Below, in pieces: positions 10,783 to 23,381 of a stretch of 64,000 bases of DNA. Below the pieces are notes generated by a model that made no database searches, was not told where the DNA came from, and saw nothing but the letters and a program-made list of their open reading frames with translations. Source of the DNA: Botryllus schlosseri (Eukaryota). Numbering within the stretch: position 1 is the first letter of the stretch; each line of letters opens with the position of its first letter. Position numbers and translations under genes: made by a program. The stretch spans positions 10,914,001 to 10,978,000 of the forward strand of contig CM119372.1 in the NCBI GenBank assembly GCA_051294905.1. Reading direction: 5' to 3'.

Positions 10783-13700
10783 CTGTAAAATTAACAGACC
10801 GATCAATGAAAGTTTGTTCTCAAGATGCTAGCTGCGTAGCACAATTGAACGAAAATGATGTCACATTAATTATTGTGAATTCACGCTTGGCACAAAAAAA
10901 TCACATTTTAAAATATTTGAATAAATTGTTGCTGTACTTAGCATAGCTGCTGTAGATTAGGCCATATGTAGACTTACCATATTTTGGAAATCTAAAAAGA
11001 GGACAATTTTTCAGAAATTTGAGGCTTGCTAAACCGGAGAATTCTCAAAAATCGGTGAATTTTCCCCACTTTGTGATCGGTTGATCGATTGAATAAAAAA
11101 AGGTCAACTTTCCGCTCAGAGCTCAAAATACTGTTTTTCTCTCCGAAATAACCGCCGGAGCGTCACTTCTGTGCTAATTTGCGGCATATCACTCGCATTT
11201 TGCCCTAAATTTTCAAAAAAGAGGGCAAAATCTCAAAAAAGAGGACAACAGGGCGTCCTCCGAGGACACTTTCAAAAATATCAAAAAACAGGACAAATCC
11301 TCTTAAAAGAGGACGTATGGTAACCTTACTGTAGACACCATGCGAGAGTAAAAATGCATCAGGACATCGTAAAAGCTGTTGCGTTATAATATTGCAGCTA
11401 GCGGAAATTTGACGTTAAAGGTAGAATATTTTAGAATTTTAGAAATATTAATCAGCTGATATCAGAGCATTGGAGCATACTCCTGATAACAAGGCTATTG
11501 TTTGTTTGTTTGTTTTGGGGTATTCATGGTGTTTGTCGACTACTATGGTCATTTACAGCAGGCCGATATTCTTATTTTCCGTAACTGCCGACTCATAGCA
11601 CGGACCACCTCTGGGCTTCTGTTAGACACCGCTGACGCGGATGAGGTGGCAAGGAAGAGCCTAGGTAAATCTCTAACACTTAGGTATCGGAAGTCGGACT
11701 CGAACCCGCGCCCATTGGTGTTGCAGCTATTGATCATGATCTACCTATGCCGAATTAAATCAGTGTTAGATTTACCTTTGAATACGGGGACAGATCTAAA
11801 ACAACTTGAATATAATGATTACTGTGCCATAGCAATAGAAATGTTCAATCGCCGAAGTATTCAGTGATCCTCCTCCACTCAATGGTAACTTTTGAAAGTG
11901 ATGTAATAGTGAAGTTTGATGAGTAGTTTCAAGCTTCTGGGGCAAATTTCCAGTTTCATAATAAAAAATTGATGTATGACAATTAATTATTGTCGAATAC
12001 TTCGAAATCCCAAATACGGTCGCGGGCCGCTGAAAATGGTCTCGCGGGCCGCAGCCGCGTGTTTGAGACCTCTGCTCTATTATATATTTATTATATCCAA
12101 AAATATGCATAAAACATTCTGGAGATCTGACAGTGGTTCTAACCTGGAATGATAATCTCTTTCAGATGCAGGTGCATACCCAAATCTCGGGTACGAGTTG
12201 CCTTCATGTTGAACAATTTAAGTAGAGTCTTCGGAAGTCTTTGAGGCAGCAGTTTTTGAGGATTGGAGTATTTGTGGTCGCCAAGTAATGGACAGCCCAG
12301 TGCTTCTGATGCATGGACACGAATTTGATGTTTCGCACCTAATTGAAAATGCGTTGCAATTGTAGATGAATTAGATTTCAATGAGGATTTAAAACCTGTA
12401 ACACCTTAGAGAAGCTGACCCACAACACTCGAACACTTACTCGAAACAGGCTGGAATTCCACAAACGCTAAACCCTGATTGGCATCCATTACACGGTAGT
12501 AAGTTGTAGCAGTGGTTGAGCTTCGGTGTGAGGCTTTAACAATTTTCCCAGTTTCTTGATCCAGTCTGAATCCAACGTGAAACATCACCTCATTAGAAAA
12601 TACAAGTTTTGAGGAATGGTCTATTACCTATTAGTCTACCTTTGTTTTGGACATAATGTCATTCGAGTATGAGCTTTCATATTCAACACAGATTCAATGT
12701 GTCGCTCTGCCAAAGGAATATCGATGAAACCTTCCCGAGGAGTAGGAAGTCCAACACACACGCCCCTGCAATAATATGCTAAATTACTTTCGGTGTATCA
12801 GATTAGACAGCAATTGCATTGTGCACAAAATTCTAGAACATGTTGTAGACTCAACAGTGGAAAAAAGAGGATTTGATTTGAATTCTCCCACTGTAATGTG
12901 TGACTCCCTGGACCAAAGAGTTTTGACAGCTCCCAATAATCATACCAACCGAATTAGTAAGTTTGTCATGAATTCACAATCAGAATGCGATGGCCTTGGA
13001 AGCCTTCAATCTAGTTATATAACTAGAAAGATTTTTTTACATGTCAAAAGAAGTCAAAATTCGATCAAAATCGCAGCGTTAGGTAAAAAAAATGTCGAAA
13101 TTGTTGACCAAGTTGAAACTTTTTTGCAACCAGTATCTCGTTTGTATCGTAAAAGTGTATCGTAGATTTTGAACTGTCGGTGAACTTATCATTTGACATT
13201 TTACAGATAGTAGCCTACTTTATAGGCCAAGGGTCGGCAAACCTCGGCACGCGTGCCATTTGTGGCACGCGAGATGATTTTTCATGGCACGCTAAATGAT
13301 TTGACGAACACGTTGGAAAACATGTCACATAAGTTGTCACAATTGAAAAAGGTAAAATTATTTGATAAATCAACATAATGCAGAGCAGGTTCAAGTTACC
13401 CTAGACATATTTTTCGCGCTGTGCACGATTTACCATGACATAATTTTGTGATTCTGGGAAACCGACAAAAATATATATACGGCAACCTAATATCGCAAGA
13501 AACCGTTCCGATGCTTTAGTCTAGGAGTGTGCATGTGCAGTGTGCACTGTGTAGCCTGTGGAATCGCGAATATTTTATAGGAACAGCATTTTGGTCCAGG
13601 GCATTTTCACGATATGACAGTGCTCTTCAATAATTTTCGTCGTGGTACACCCTTCTAACGTTTACTCAAAACTCGAACACCCTTGACACAAATTCCGTAG

Positions 13701-16700
13701 TGAGCCTAATTTATGGGTGTTCAGTGTTCACTATGCAACCTTTGCAATTCACGGACATATTTCATTTACATACATAGCAGCATATAGGGCCGGATCTCAG
13801 CAGAGAGTCGTCATGACCCATCTGGACGATAAATACTCATGTTAAATTGGCGGAACTTCGCACCGCAGAGAGCTGTTTGAGAGTACCGCTTTTAGAGTAG
13901 CTCAGATGGTTAGGCGGCTGTTTCACGATTACAGCGATATATTGGGTGTCGGTTGAAATCCAGCGGGTTCAGATTTTATGAACTTTTTTCTAAATGCATC
14001 AACATTCAGACCTGAGGCCGGCCGCGGGAGGAGGGTTAACAAGTGAATGGCTGAAAGTCTGCAAAAAAAGTTATTTTTGAATACACAACACATACTCAAG
14101 ACACCGATATTTTGACATCTACTGGTATTTTATTTCACTTACTGAAAAATAGTGATTCAATCTGGGCTTCGATATAGGAGTCTGATTCAAACCGATTGTG
14201 ATTCAATTTTGTCGTCCCCAGTGTTGGTTTGGTACATGGTATCAAGGTCAAAACGGCTATAGTATGTAAAAGACAGCTCACCAATACTTTCTGCGTACTT
14301 TTTGCTGTCGGAATAGTGTCATCACATCCCGGGATAGATCTTTGTTAGTGGCGCATACAACCACACCACTTGTTCCTTTATCCAAACGGTTGCATAATAT
14401 CAGTGGAATTGATGTATTCAATCCAAAGATCATTTTGGAAAGAACAGGCAAACACGAACGCATGTTCGCTTTTCCATAAATTCCTGAATAAGAGGATGAA
14501 TGAATATTAAGGGAAAACACATCTTCAATATAGATATATTACAGCAGGGAATTTGTGCCCTGGACTGACATTTGCGTATCCAACTTGAATGCATATAATG
14601 TGGTTCGAAATCAAGTTTTAACGAACATAAGTGTAGCCTACTTCCCTAAATTATTAATTTGAGTCAAGATTAACTCAATTTTAGAATATGGAAGTTTCAA
14701 ATGGACACCACCCTATATGACCAAGACATCATTCAATTCTTACAACTAACATAGACTAGTCAGTGTATGGCAGGGGTGGCCAACCTTTTCGACCAAAGGG
14801 CCACATGAGATTTACGAACCATTGCGCGGGTCACTTGGATGTTGATGACATTATATTAGTCGTCCGATAGGAATGAACCAGAAATGAAAAGTCAGCGTGC
14901 ATTGATGTTCTAGCGAAGAGTGAAAATTTCGCAAGGATAATAAATGAATTCAGTCAATAACGTTGTTGCTTGCATATGCTCTGGTTCGGCTCTGTATATC
15001 GCTGGACTGATTTGGCAAGGACATGATTATTAGGCGCTTGGACATATCAATATTGAAGGTTTCGGTGAACATGCGTCTATCATTTTGTGGCAAGACTTCA
15101 TCGGCGACGATCTTTCTACGAGTAGACAGTAGACACGCGAAGTTGCATGTTGGACGACACGTTCTTTCAAAATTGCAAGTTAGACTCAACTCTGGAGAGG
15201 GTACCAATACTAAAACGAAACAATCGAGCGATAATAAATCACATGAAATTTTAAGAAAAATTTCAAATCAAATAAATCTGTCGCGCGAAATAATCTACTT
15301 TATGGCCATATAAGAATATTTACGAAAATGTGGCCGGCCTCTGGCTACACTGATGCGTCGGAACTGATATGTTAGCCATCAACATCCCAGATTATACGGT
15401 GAGGCTAACCAAACATTTGGTTGGCCTTTCAAATTCACAATAAATTACCTGGGTAATTATTTTTCTGATAATATAATTAATTTAGAAAATGACCTTGTGG
15501 ACCACTCAAAGCCTTCTTGCGGGCCACGGGTTGGCCGCCCCTGGAGTATGACATTGTCTTTTCTTTCGATTGGTTAATATAGTAATAAATTAACCCCGAA
15601 CCCTAACATCTCTAAGCAAATAGTGGGGATAAAAGGTCTTTGCAGAATGATTCATTACTATGGCTGAGCAAAATCAAGTAGGCTACCTCACAAAGTCACT
15701 TCCATCTCAGGTGTGCGACAAATCTTTTATGAATTTTGCAGAAGAACTGACAAGTGACAAGGATATGCGAGTCTTAAATGGCTACCCCCCAATCCCCTCA
15801 TCCTATTACCGTAATTTTCCATGTATAATGCGCAAAATTTACACGATTTTTTGCCCTAAAATCGGGGGGTGCGTATTATACATGGGAACAACACGCTTGA
15901 AAAAAATCTCCCTCGATAAAAAAACTTGAAATCACACCTTCCTTCATGTTTGTTTCCAATCGCACATCACTTTCAGCCATCGCGGGTAGTAATTCGTATT
16001 ATAGAGTGTGACGCGCTGCCAATTAAGGGAAGCGTGTTGCTAATTAACGAGAGCCGTGTGCACAATCACGCGATCTCCTGCTGAGTTGGTTTGCCGTTTG
16101 TACGCGAGCGACATGAGGTCAGTAATAGACACTCGCACGCGGCAATTCTCGCCAATTCATCGCGTCAACGACAGGCCCGAACAATCGCATATACAAGAGG
16201 CCATGTGCGAGATATAATCGCTTGCGTAATCAGTCGCATCTCCAACAGACCTGTTGCGCATGACATAACCGTTAGCCAAGGCGCAATCGCATCTGTAATA
16301 GGCATCATGCTCAAGATGTCGGTTCGTTGGCCTAAACTAACTTGCCGCCGGCCTCGCAGGCTTTGGCTGCCATCTACTATCGTTGAGAGACAATACTGTT
16401 AATTGTATAATGATTAGCAATCGCATCTGTAAAAGGTCTCCTCGTGCTCAAGATGTATCGCGCCACCCGCCTCGCAGGCTTTGGCTGCTATCTACTATCG
16501 TTTGAAGACAATCCCGCTAATTGTATAATGATTAGCGATCGTTGTGTAAATGACTGTTCAAGAGTGACATCTCGGAACTATTCATGTACTGAAATGAAGG
16601 GTGCGTACTATACATGGGTACAGGCTTTTTCCCAGAATTTACATGCTATTTTAGGGGTGCGTATTATACATGGGGGCGTACTATACTTGGAAAATTACGG

Positions 16701-18049
16701 TAGTTATCTATACCATCCAGTTGAAGTGGTATCATTGCTGCTAAGATTGAGAGAAACCTGGTCTTGATTCCTGGCCGTTCAAGAATTTTAAACTACAGTA
16801 CGTAGAGGGATGCAAATGCAATCAAAATTATATTGTAATTTGCGTTTTCAAGGCTATGTGAATAAGGCTTGTCTGTTTAACTAACATTAAAAACTGTTAA
16901 CGAGAGACTGCCTGGATTGATGACGAAATGTAGGTAAGTTTGTCAACAATACAACCTTGTTTCATTCGTATGTTTGTATGGACAAGCACATCCATCGCAT
17001 TGACATGCGAAAATGAACATTTTAGTTATTCATAATTTTTTCTAGAGTGCCAAAAGCTGAAAAAGTTTGGGAACCAAGTCACAGAGAATCGCTGCATGAC
17101 TGATCATTCATGATCATGACTCGAATTCATAGTATGTCCCCAGAGTGGAATCGATGGCAACGGCACACGCAACATCACGCGAGCATTTATATATGATCAC
17201 CCGGATTATTGAATTATGCTGACGTCACAAAGCGATACCAGAGTCCAGATCCAGAATAAGGCGCTTGCGCTTTACAACAAACTCAAGCAAGCGTGGCATT
17301 TGCGTAACAGCGCCTGTATACGGTGTAGCCCTAGTCTGGCGACTGGCGTATGCCAGGTCTATTTTAGCACATTGTGTCGTTTAATAAGTAATTCAGTATT
17401 GAATCAGAGCGAAAAATATTTCCGTCACGCAGATGAAATTTTCCAATCACAGGAGAAATCCATCTGTCACGCACAACATGTTGTCGAAAACAACCACCGA
17501 TTCCAGTCTGGGTATGTCCCCATTATGAGATGTAGCCTACAACTAAGCTGGTGAGAAACCAACCGGTAATTAAATGTACTCACCTGTATCATCATGTGCA
17601 GTAACTCCACATGGTTTATTGAAGACGACCAATTCTTTGTCAGCATATATCACACGCTTCCGCAGCACTTTTGAAAGTTGGACGTTATCAAGTTTGTTCA
17701 AATGTTTGGTTACAATTCTTCTGTTAGATTTGGAAGAATCTTTCTTGAACCTCAGATCATTCACTACATTTTGAGCGAGCAGTTTATCTTCCAGCACTTC
17801 ATGTTGTGTACCTAACTCTGTCACTACATTGTTGGTATTGACAGAGCTAGACGAAGATGATCTCCAATCGCCGTATAGGATTTCAGAAGAGAAGGATTTT
17901 CGATCATCGTTCATGCGCCGAGAAATATAAGATAAATAGTCTTCATTTGGTGTCGGCCTACTAGTCTTTGTGTGCTTTAATCGACGAACTGGACAGAGAA
18001 TACCATCACACAGCACTTTCCAACATGAATTTGCATTTCCAGCCAACAT
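10505..18049 (-). CDS. RPUSD4: Mitochondrial RluA-family RNA pseudouridine synthase, 6 coding exons, about 463 aa
   Basis: Exons 18049-17584, 14483-14282, 12765-12640, 12565-12441, 12338-12144, 10782-10505; all GT-AG, phases consistent, total 1392 nt; motifs NKPCG, RLDKGTSG, KYW, HQIRVH, CPLLGDHKYS, MHLH match RPUSD4. Confidence 0.88.
10969..11328. mobile_element. MITE (TTACCATA...TATGGTAAC termini, GAGGAC repeats)
   Basis: Inverted homolog at about 27975-28398; boundaries approximate. Confidence 0.65.
11330..12074 (-). mobile_element. hAT-type MITE (CAGAGGTCTCAAAC family), intronic
   Basis: Reverse complement aligns by eye with 28692-29530; end GTTTGAGACCTCTG. Confidence 0.7.
11501..11725 (-). 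mobile_element. 5'-truncated tRNA-related SINE with (AAAC)n tail, nested in a MITE
   Basis: B-box GGTTCGAGTCC on minus strand; TSD GCTATTG at 11494-11500 and 11726-11732; empty site in the paralogous MITE near 29320; related fragments near 22965-23095 and 29805-29930. Confidence 0.7.
12144..12338 (-). CDS. RPUSD4: RPUSD4 exon 5
   Basis: KHQIRVHASEALGCPLLGDHKYS...MHLHLKEIIIP. Confidence 0.9.
12441..12565 (-). CDS. RPUSD4: RPUSD4 exon 4
   Basis: ATTYYRVMDANQGLAFVEFQPV; donor GTAAGT. Confidence 0.85.
12640..12765 (-). CDS. RPUSD4: RPUSD4 exon 3
   Basis: GVCVGLPTPREGFIDIPLAER; phase 2/2. Confidence 0.85.
14282..14483 (-). CDS. RPUSD4: RPUSD4 exon 2 (catalytic Asp motif)
   Basis: LCNRLDKGTSGVVV...RKYW; acceptor TTCAG, donor GTGAG. 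Confidence 0.88.
14771..15543. mobile_element. hAT-like MITE in RPUSD4 intron 1
   Basis: TIR CAGGGGTGGCCAACC / GGTTGGCCGCCCCTG; degenerate TSD GTGTATGG vs GAGTATGA. Confidence 0.75.
15809..16700. mobile_element. Tc1/mariner-pogo (Tigger-like) MITE
   Basis: TA|CCGTAATTTTCCA...TGGAAAATTACGG|TA; subterminal GGGTGCGTATTATACATGGG repeats. Confidence 0.85.
17584..18049 (-). CDS. RPUSD4: RPUSD4 exon 1
   Basis: ATG at 18049; basic N-terminus; VIYADKELVVFNKPCG; donor G|GTGAG. Confidence 0.8.
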
Positions 18050-18563
18050 AATCGAAATGCTCAGAGCTCAGCACAGCACAACGAATGCCCACTTTACTTT
18101 TGCTTACTTATATTACAGTACTGGATATCTGTATTCTGCAAGCAACTCCAGCAAAATTAGGAACGCCTGGTAAATCGCTCGAATCTTACGGAAAATTATC
18201 ACGATCACGAAGCACAGTCAGCAATATAATAATTGCTTCATTAGGGGCAAGCCATGATGCCACTAGGATATGTTGGAAAAACCCAGATCCTATATTTCAC
18301 TCAAATTTCGGGTCTATTCTCTTATCCACGCCTTATTTACTACCTTACCTCATCCGACGTCACATCAAATATGACGTCATCAACTCACCTCCACCTGAGG
18401 TTATGACGTCTCAATGACGTCACAACCCGCTCGCGCAACTGCTATCCCGCGACTGACCGATATTATAGATAAGTTAGTTATCTATACCGATATTCACGAT
18501 CTTTCATACCGGGCTCAAATTGAGCGAGTTGCGACGTCGAATTGCCTACAGGGTTAGTTCGAT

Positions 18564-19153
18564 TATAGAAATTAAACATGGAACGGCAACGACCGATTTT
18601 GCAGCTTCGTTCCGCTTCGCAGAGGCTGGAGAGGAGAGTGGTTTTGCGTAAGCGACTGTAGGATTTCTGGCAATCCAAAAGCTATCTTCCCGAGCCCAGA
18701 AATTATTGAATCTGGTCTTGATCGAAAGCTACTGTTGCACCGATTCCGAAAATATAAATTAAAATAATGATCAGGCACTGATCCACCTAGAATCTGTCCT
18801 CCAAGTCTGAAATATCGGCATTGTTCAGAACAATCGGGTAACCGCAACACAATGACCGTAACAATGACCCGTTGCGACTCTCCGATTGTTCGAACAATGC
18901 CGATATTTCGACTTTGAGGACGGATTCTAGGTGGATCAGTGCCTGATCATTATTTTAATTTATATTTTCGGAATCGGTGCAACAGTAGCTTTCGATCAAG
19001 ACCAGATTCAATAATTTCTGGGCTCGGGAAGATAGCTTTTGGATTGCCAGAAATCCTACAGTCGCTTACGCAAAACCACTCTCCTCTCCAGCCTCTGCGA
19101 AGCGGAACGAAGCTGCAAAATCGGTCGTTGCCGTTCCATGTTTAATTTCTATA
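18564..19153. mobile_element. Foldback element A (about 280-bp near-perfect arms, 7-bp TSD)
   Basis: TATAGAAATTAAACATGG...CCATGTTTAATTTCTATA; GTTCGAT at 18557-18563 and 19154-19160. Confidence 0.85.
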
Positions 19154-19160
19154 GTTCGAT

Positions 19161-20760
19161 CATATACTTCGTTTCCATGCTCGGCCGACAGTCGGCCGAA
19201 AGGCCATGACGCATGCGTTGTACATGTCGGCCGTGTTTCCATGACCAGGCGTAATCCGACCGTGACTTGGCCGAACTAGGTGGACGAAGCGTTCGCGGTA
19301 AAGTTTTGGGCTTGCTTACTCAGTAATAATTTCATAATAATCACAGGATTGCGATAAAATGACTCGGAAGGAATGAGCCGAGATGACTTGTAGCGGTCAT
19401 TCAATCGAACAACACGCTGTGACCTTGAACACGAAATTCACCCAACATGTAAAATGGTCACGATGAACCAATTGCTTAAAACTAACAAAAGATAAAATAA
19501 GATGGATAAAAGATGAAAATTGGTGGCATATATCTCAGTATGTGGGAGATATAGATATGGGATATCGTGGTCCAATAATTTTGAGCACAGAATAGTAACT
19601 TCTCCAGTAGTCTACCGGTACTGCTGTTTCGTCGTCATGATTCAGACATAAACGTCCAGTGTCGTGTCGATGATTTGCTTACCAGGGGAATGTGAATAAG
19701 TTTACCTAGTTTGTGGTCAAACGGTATAGTTTGTAATGTATCCATGCACCAGAACACAAACCCTCGAATTGTGGCAGCAGCGTATGTGATGAGATCGCGA
19801 AGATTTCGGTAGCCTACGGCTAATTCGTAGCGGTACCGGTACTACTAAATTCCGTTGCGATCATAATTCTTGGTTTCTCAAGGCGTCCAAGAACCGTCCG
19901 GAGTGCAGCCATGGTTAATTTGATACGAAAAGTGTATTGTAAGTAGCGAATACCAATTCGCTAATCGAACACACAGCGCAAGCATGGCCGAAGGGCTAAG
20001 CCGAAGGATTCACTCGATGGCCGACGAGTCGGCCGACGTGGGTGTGCATCACTGTAAATGCGCAACAAAATTCTCTCGTTCGTCGGCCGAGTCTCTCGAA
20101 AATGGGCCCATCGGCCGAGCATGGAAACGAAGTAATAGTGTCCTATAGGATGTCGACACAAGCAAATCTCACGGCTCAGTGAAATTGTATCACGTCACAA
20201 TTTCCATTTGGCTACAGGCAATTTGACGGTCATTTTTCACCGGCTAGCCGAGCATTAAATTTGGTAAAACAGGTATCAATCGAAAGCTTTCTCTGCACTG
20301 ATTACGAAAATATAAATTTTATTCCGCTCGTGGCCCTGGAACTCCCACAATCAGCCTCGAATTTTTCATTGTTATGGAGATTGGCATTGTGACGCAACAA
20401 AGCTGTCTGGCGAAACGAGAGAGAATCTCATGACGCAACAATGCTGTCTGGCGAAACGAGAGTGTAACTCAAGAGAAAAAGGTCCAAAAAGCATTGTTGC
20501 GTCCCAATGCCAACCTCCATAACAATGAAAAATTCAAGGCGGATTGTGGGGGTTCCAGGGCCGCAAGCGGAACAAAATTAATATTTTCGTAATCAGTGAA
20601 GAGTCAGCTTTCGATTGACACCCGTTTTACCAGATTTAATGCTCGGTAAGCCGGTCAAAAATGACCGTCAAATTGCATGTAGCCAAATGGAAATTGTGAC
20701 GTGATACAATTTCACTGAGCCGTGAGATTCGCTTGTGTCGACACTATATTGGACACTATG
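19161..20760. mobile_element. Foldback element C (long inverted arms 20138-20760, 7-bp TSD)
   Basis: CATAGTGTCC...GGACACTATG; GTTCGAT on both sides (19154-19160, 20761-20767); relative at 21025-21696. Confidence 0.8.
19165..20134. mobile_element. MITE B with 24-bp TIR and 3-bp (ATA) TSD, inserted in the left TIR of element C
   Basis: TACTTCGTTTCCATGCTCGGCCGA...TCGGCCGAGCATGGAAACGAAGTA; removing it and one ATA restores CATAGTGTCC. Confidence 0.8.
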
Positions 20761-21024
20761 GTTCGATTATAGCAGGGGCGGGCAACTTCTCCAGTCGGCG
20801 GGCCGGTTATAGGAAAATTAAGTACTTGGCGGGCCGGATTGCTGAATCGATACATTATTCACCCATTTATCCACATATACAAGAAATAAATCGCCTTTAA
20901 TGAATGTATTTTAACGACAGCAATGTCACTTCGAAACCATTTCTCGCCGATAATGACGAGGATATGCTGTGGGTTTGAGAACGGCATTGTCATACAGGCT
21001 CCGCCATGTCAGCTTCTCTCTAAT

Positions 21025-21696
21025 CATAGTGTCCTATATGGTGTGGAAACAAGCAAATCTCACGGCTCGGTGAAATTGGTCTACGTCACACTTTCCATTT
21101 AGTCAAAGGCAATTTGACGGTAGTTTTTGACCGACTTGCCGGGCATTAAATTTGATAAAACGGGTATCAATCGAAAGTTACCGCGGTGCTGGTTGCGAAA
21201 ATATAAATTCTATTCTGCTCGCGGTTCTGGACCCCCCCCCCCAAAAAAAATAATAATAATAATAATAATAATAATAATCAGCCTCGAATGCTGCATTGTT
21301 ACGGAGTTTGGTATTGTGACGCAGCCAAGCCGTCTGAGCTGCTCGGGACCAAGCACGCACGAGAGTAGGAGTGTGAATGCTCATTGCTCAATCGGTTGCG
21401 CAGCAATGGCCAATACGTTTGCCGTTTACTCTGCTCCTCACCTGCTCCCAGACGGCATGGTTGCTTCATAATACAAAACTCCGTTACAATGCAACGTTCG
21501 AAGCTTTTTTGGGGGGGTTCCAGGACCACGAGCAGAACAGAATTTATATTTTCGCAATCAGTGCTGCGGTAGCTTTCGATTGATACCCGTTTTATCAAAT
21601 TTAATGCTCGGCAAGCCGGTCAAAAATTACCGTCAAATTGCCTTTGACCGAGGGAAAGTGCGACGTAGACCAATTTCAAGGAGCTGTGAGATTTGC
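21025..21696. mobile_element. Foldback element of the C family with (AAT)n microsatellite
   Basis: Starts CATAGTGTCCTATA; inverted arms homologous to 20138-20760; right end truncated at the TTAA insertion. Confidence 0.75.
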
Positions 21697-21700
21697 TTAA

Positions 21701-22771
21701 CTCTTTCGACGCCGCGTATCCCCATATGTTCGCTAGAGATTGTCTTCAAAACGCCGCGTATCCCCATATGTTCGCTAAATCGATAGAGAGTATTTTTGTC
21801 TCGAAAATCTGACATGCCGTTTTGCGTCCATGGCAGTCGGGGCATTGTGCGGTAATGAATTCAAAATTCAAGACTTGCTACTAAGAGGCAATTTCGCTGG
21901 ATTACCTGTACGGAATAGTAACTTTATTTGATATATATTTCCACGACGGTAATGATTTTCAACAGATGCCAATACCTAAAGACATTCTACATCATTATCA
22001 CCAATCTTTAGCGACACATCGCGCGTTAAGTTAATATACGGATCTACTGAAGCCACCAAGTCAGTACATGCACTGCGACAACACAGACTTCACACCAATA
22101 TATACGTATTTATTCAAGTTTTTCAAACGTAAAATTGCATCGGGAGATGACGATGACTCAACGGAGACAAATAATGATGTTTTTGTGCAGATCGTTGCTT
22201 GTAATCGTACACAAATGGGCTCCGTCGGTATGTTACTGCGCCTGAAAAACAAACTTGAGTACCGGTACTAGCAGAAGTCAAATTTTCGAGCCATTATTGC
22301 GGATTTGACGTCACAATGATAACCTTGAAGCATCGACGGCCGAAGATCATGTCGGCAGCAGTATTTCACGACGGTTCTGAACCTCCGCATTGCCATTGAA
22401 AAGGAATTAACGATTTAAGGATAATATATTATCAATATATAATATATTAAGAACACTCTGTGAAATTTACAACGTCACAGCTAATCTATAAGTACCATAG
22501 AAACACCAACAAAATCCATACCTTGGCAGCAGCGCGCCTGAAATCAGCCAAACTTCAGTTCGTACCGAAGCCTGTGCTAGCAACACGACAGGATCAATCA
22601 AGGCACGTTACGCATCATTAGATAGATATCGTTCGCGGCTACAATACGGACGTAGGTACGTCTCAGTACCTAAGGTAGCGACGAAGTTACGATCGGTTGA
22701 AATTGGGGTTATTTGGAGAAAATCGCGGCGTTTTGAGGACAATCGCCAAATTTAGCTCGGCGTCGAAAGAG
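21701..22771. mobile_element. piggyBac-like MITE
   Basis: TTAA|CTCTTTCGACGCCG...CGGCGTCGAAAGAG|TTAA. Confidence 0.8.
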
Positions 22772-23381
22772 TTAAGGCATTCGATAAGCCCGGCACCCCA
22801 AATTTACCAAGATATCAATTCATTAGGGCTGAATAGGTGATGAGATGGCGCCGTTGTTTATCTGTGTGGCCTATTTTATCTCGATATTAAATTCATGCGG
22901 ACCGCGGCATCTATGAAATTTGAAAAGTGGCCCGCGACCCGTTTTGAGTTGGCGACTCCTGGCATAAGCGGTGTCTTACAAACGCCTACAAGTGCATGTG
23001 CCGTGCTACATGTCGGCGGTTACAGAATCAAAAATTAGAAATATCGGTCTCGTGTACATGACCATTGTAGTCTACAAACACCATGATTACCACAAACGAT
23101 ATTAGGGTTGAGTACATCGTCAGTGCCGATAATGCAAGTCTTCTCGCTTCGACGAACTTACGCACAAGCTCCACTCGCACGCTGCGCACTCCGCATATAT
23201 GTATAAAATAACGTACAGTCAATAAAATTTGACGTAGTAAGCAAGTAGCGGGGTATCTCGGCCGACTGTAGCCGCGGGCCACATTGCCATATAAGACGGA
23301 AAACTGTCCGCGGGCCGGATCCGGCCCGCGGGCCGTATGTTGCCCACCCCTGGATTATAGAGACTTCGACAGCGACATTAC

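Larger units (their letters stand above)
20773..23352. mobile_element. hAT MITE carrying nested elements
   Basis: TIR CAGGGGCGGGCAAC / GTTGCCCACCCCTG; perfect TSD GATTATAG at 20765-20772 and 23353-23360. Confidence 0.88.

Noticed and set aside
18350..18425. Cluster of TGACGTCA (CRE-like) sites upstream of RPUSD4
   Set aside because: The motif is frequent throughout this window, including inside repeats, so function cannot be supported from sequence alone
18572..19145. Identical ORFs on opposite strands
   Set aside because: Consequence of the palindromic foldback element A
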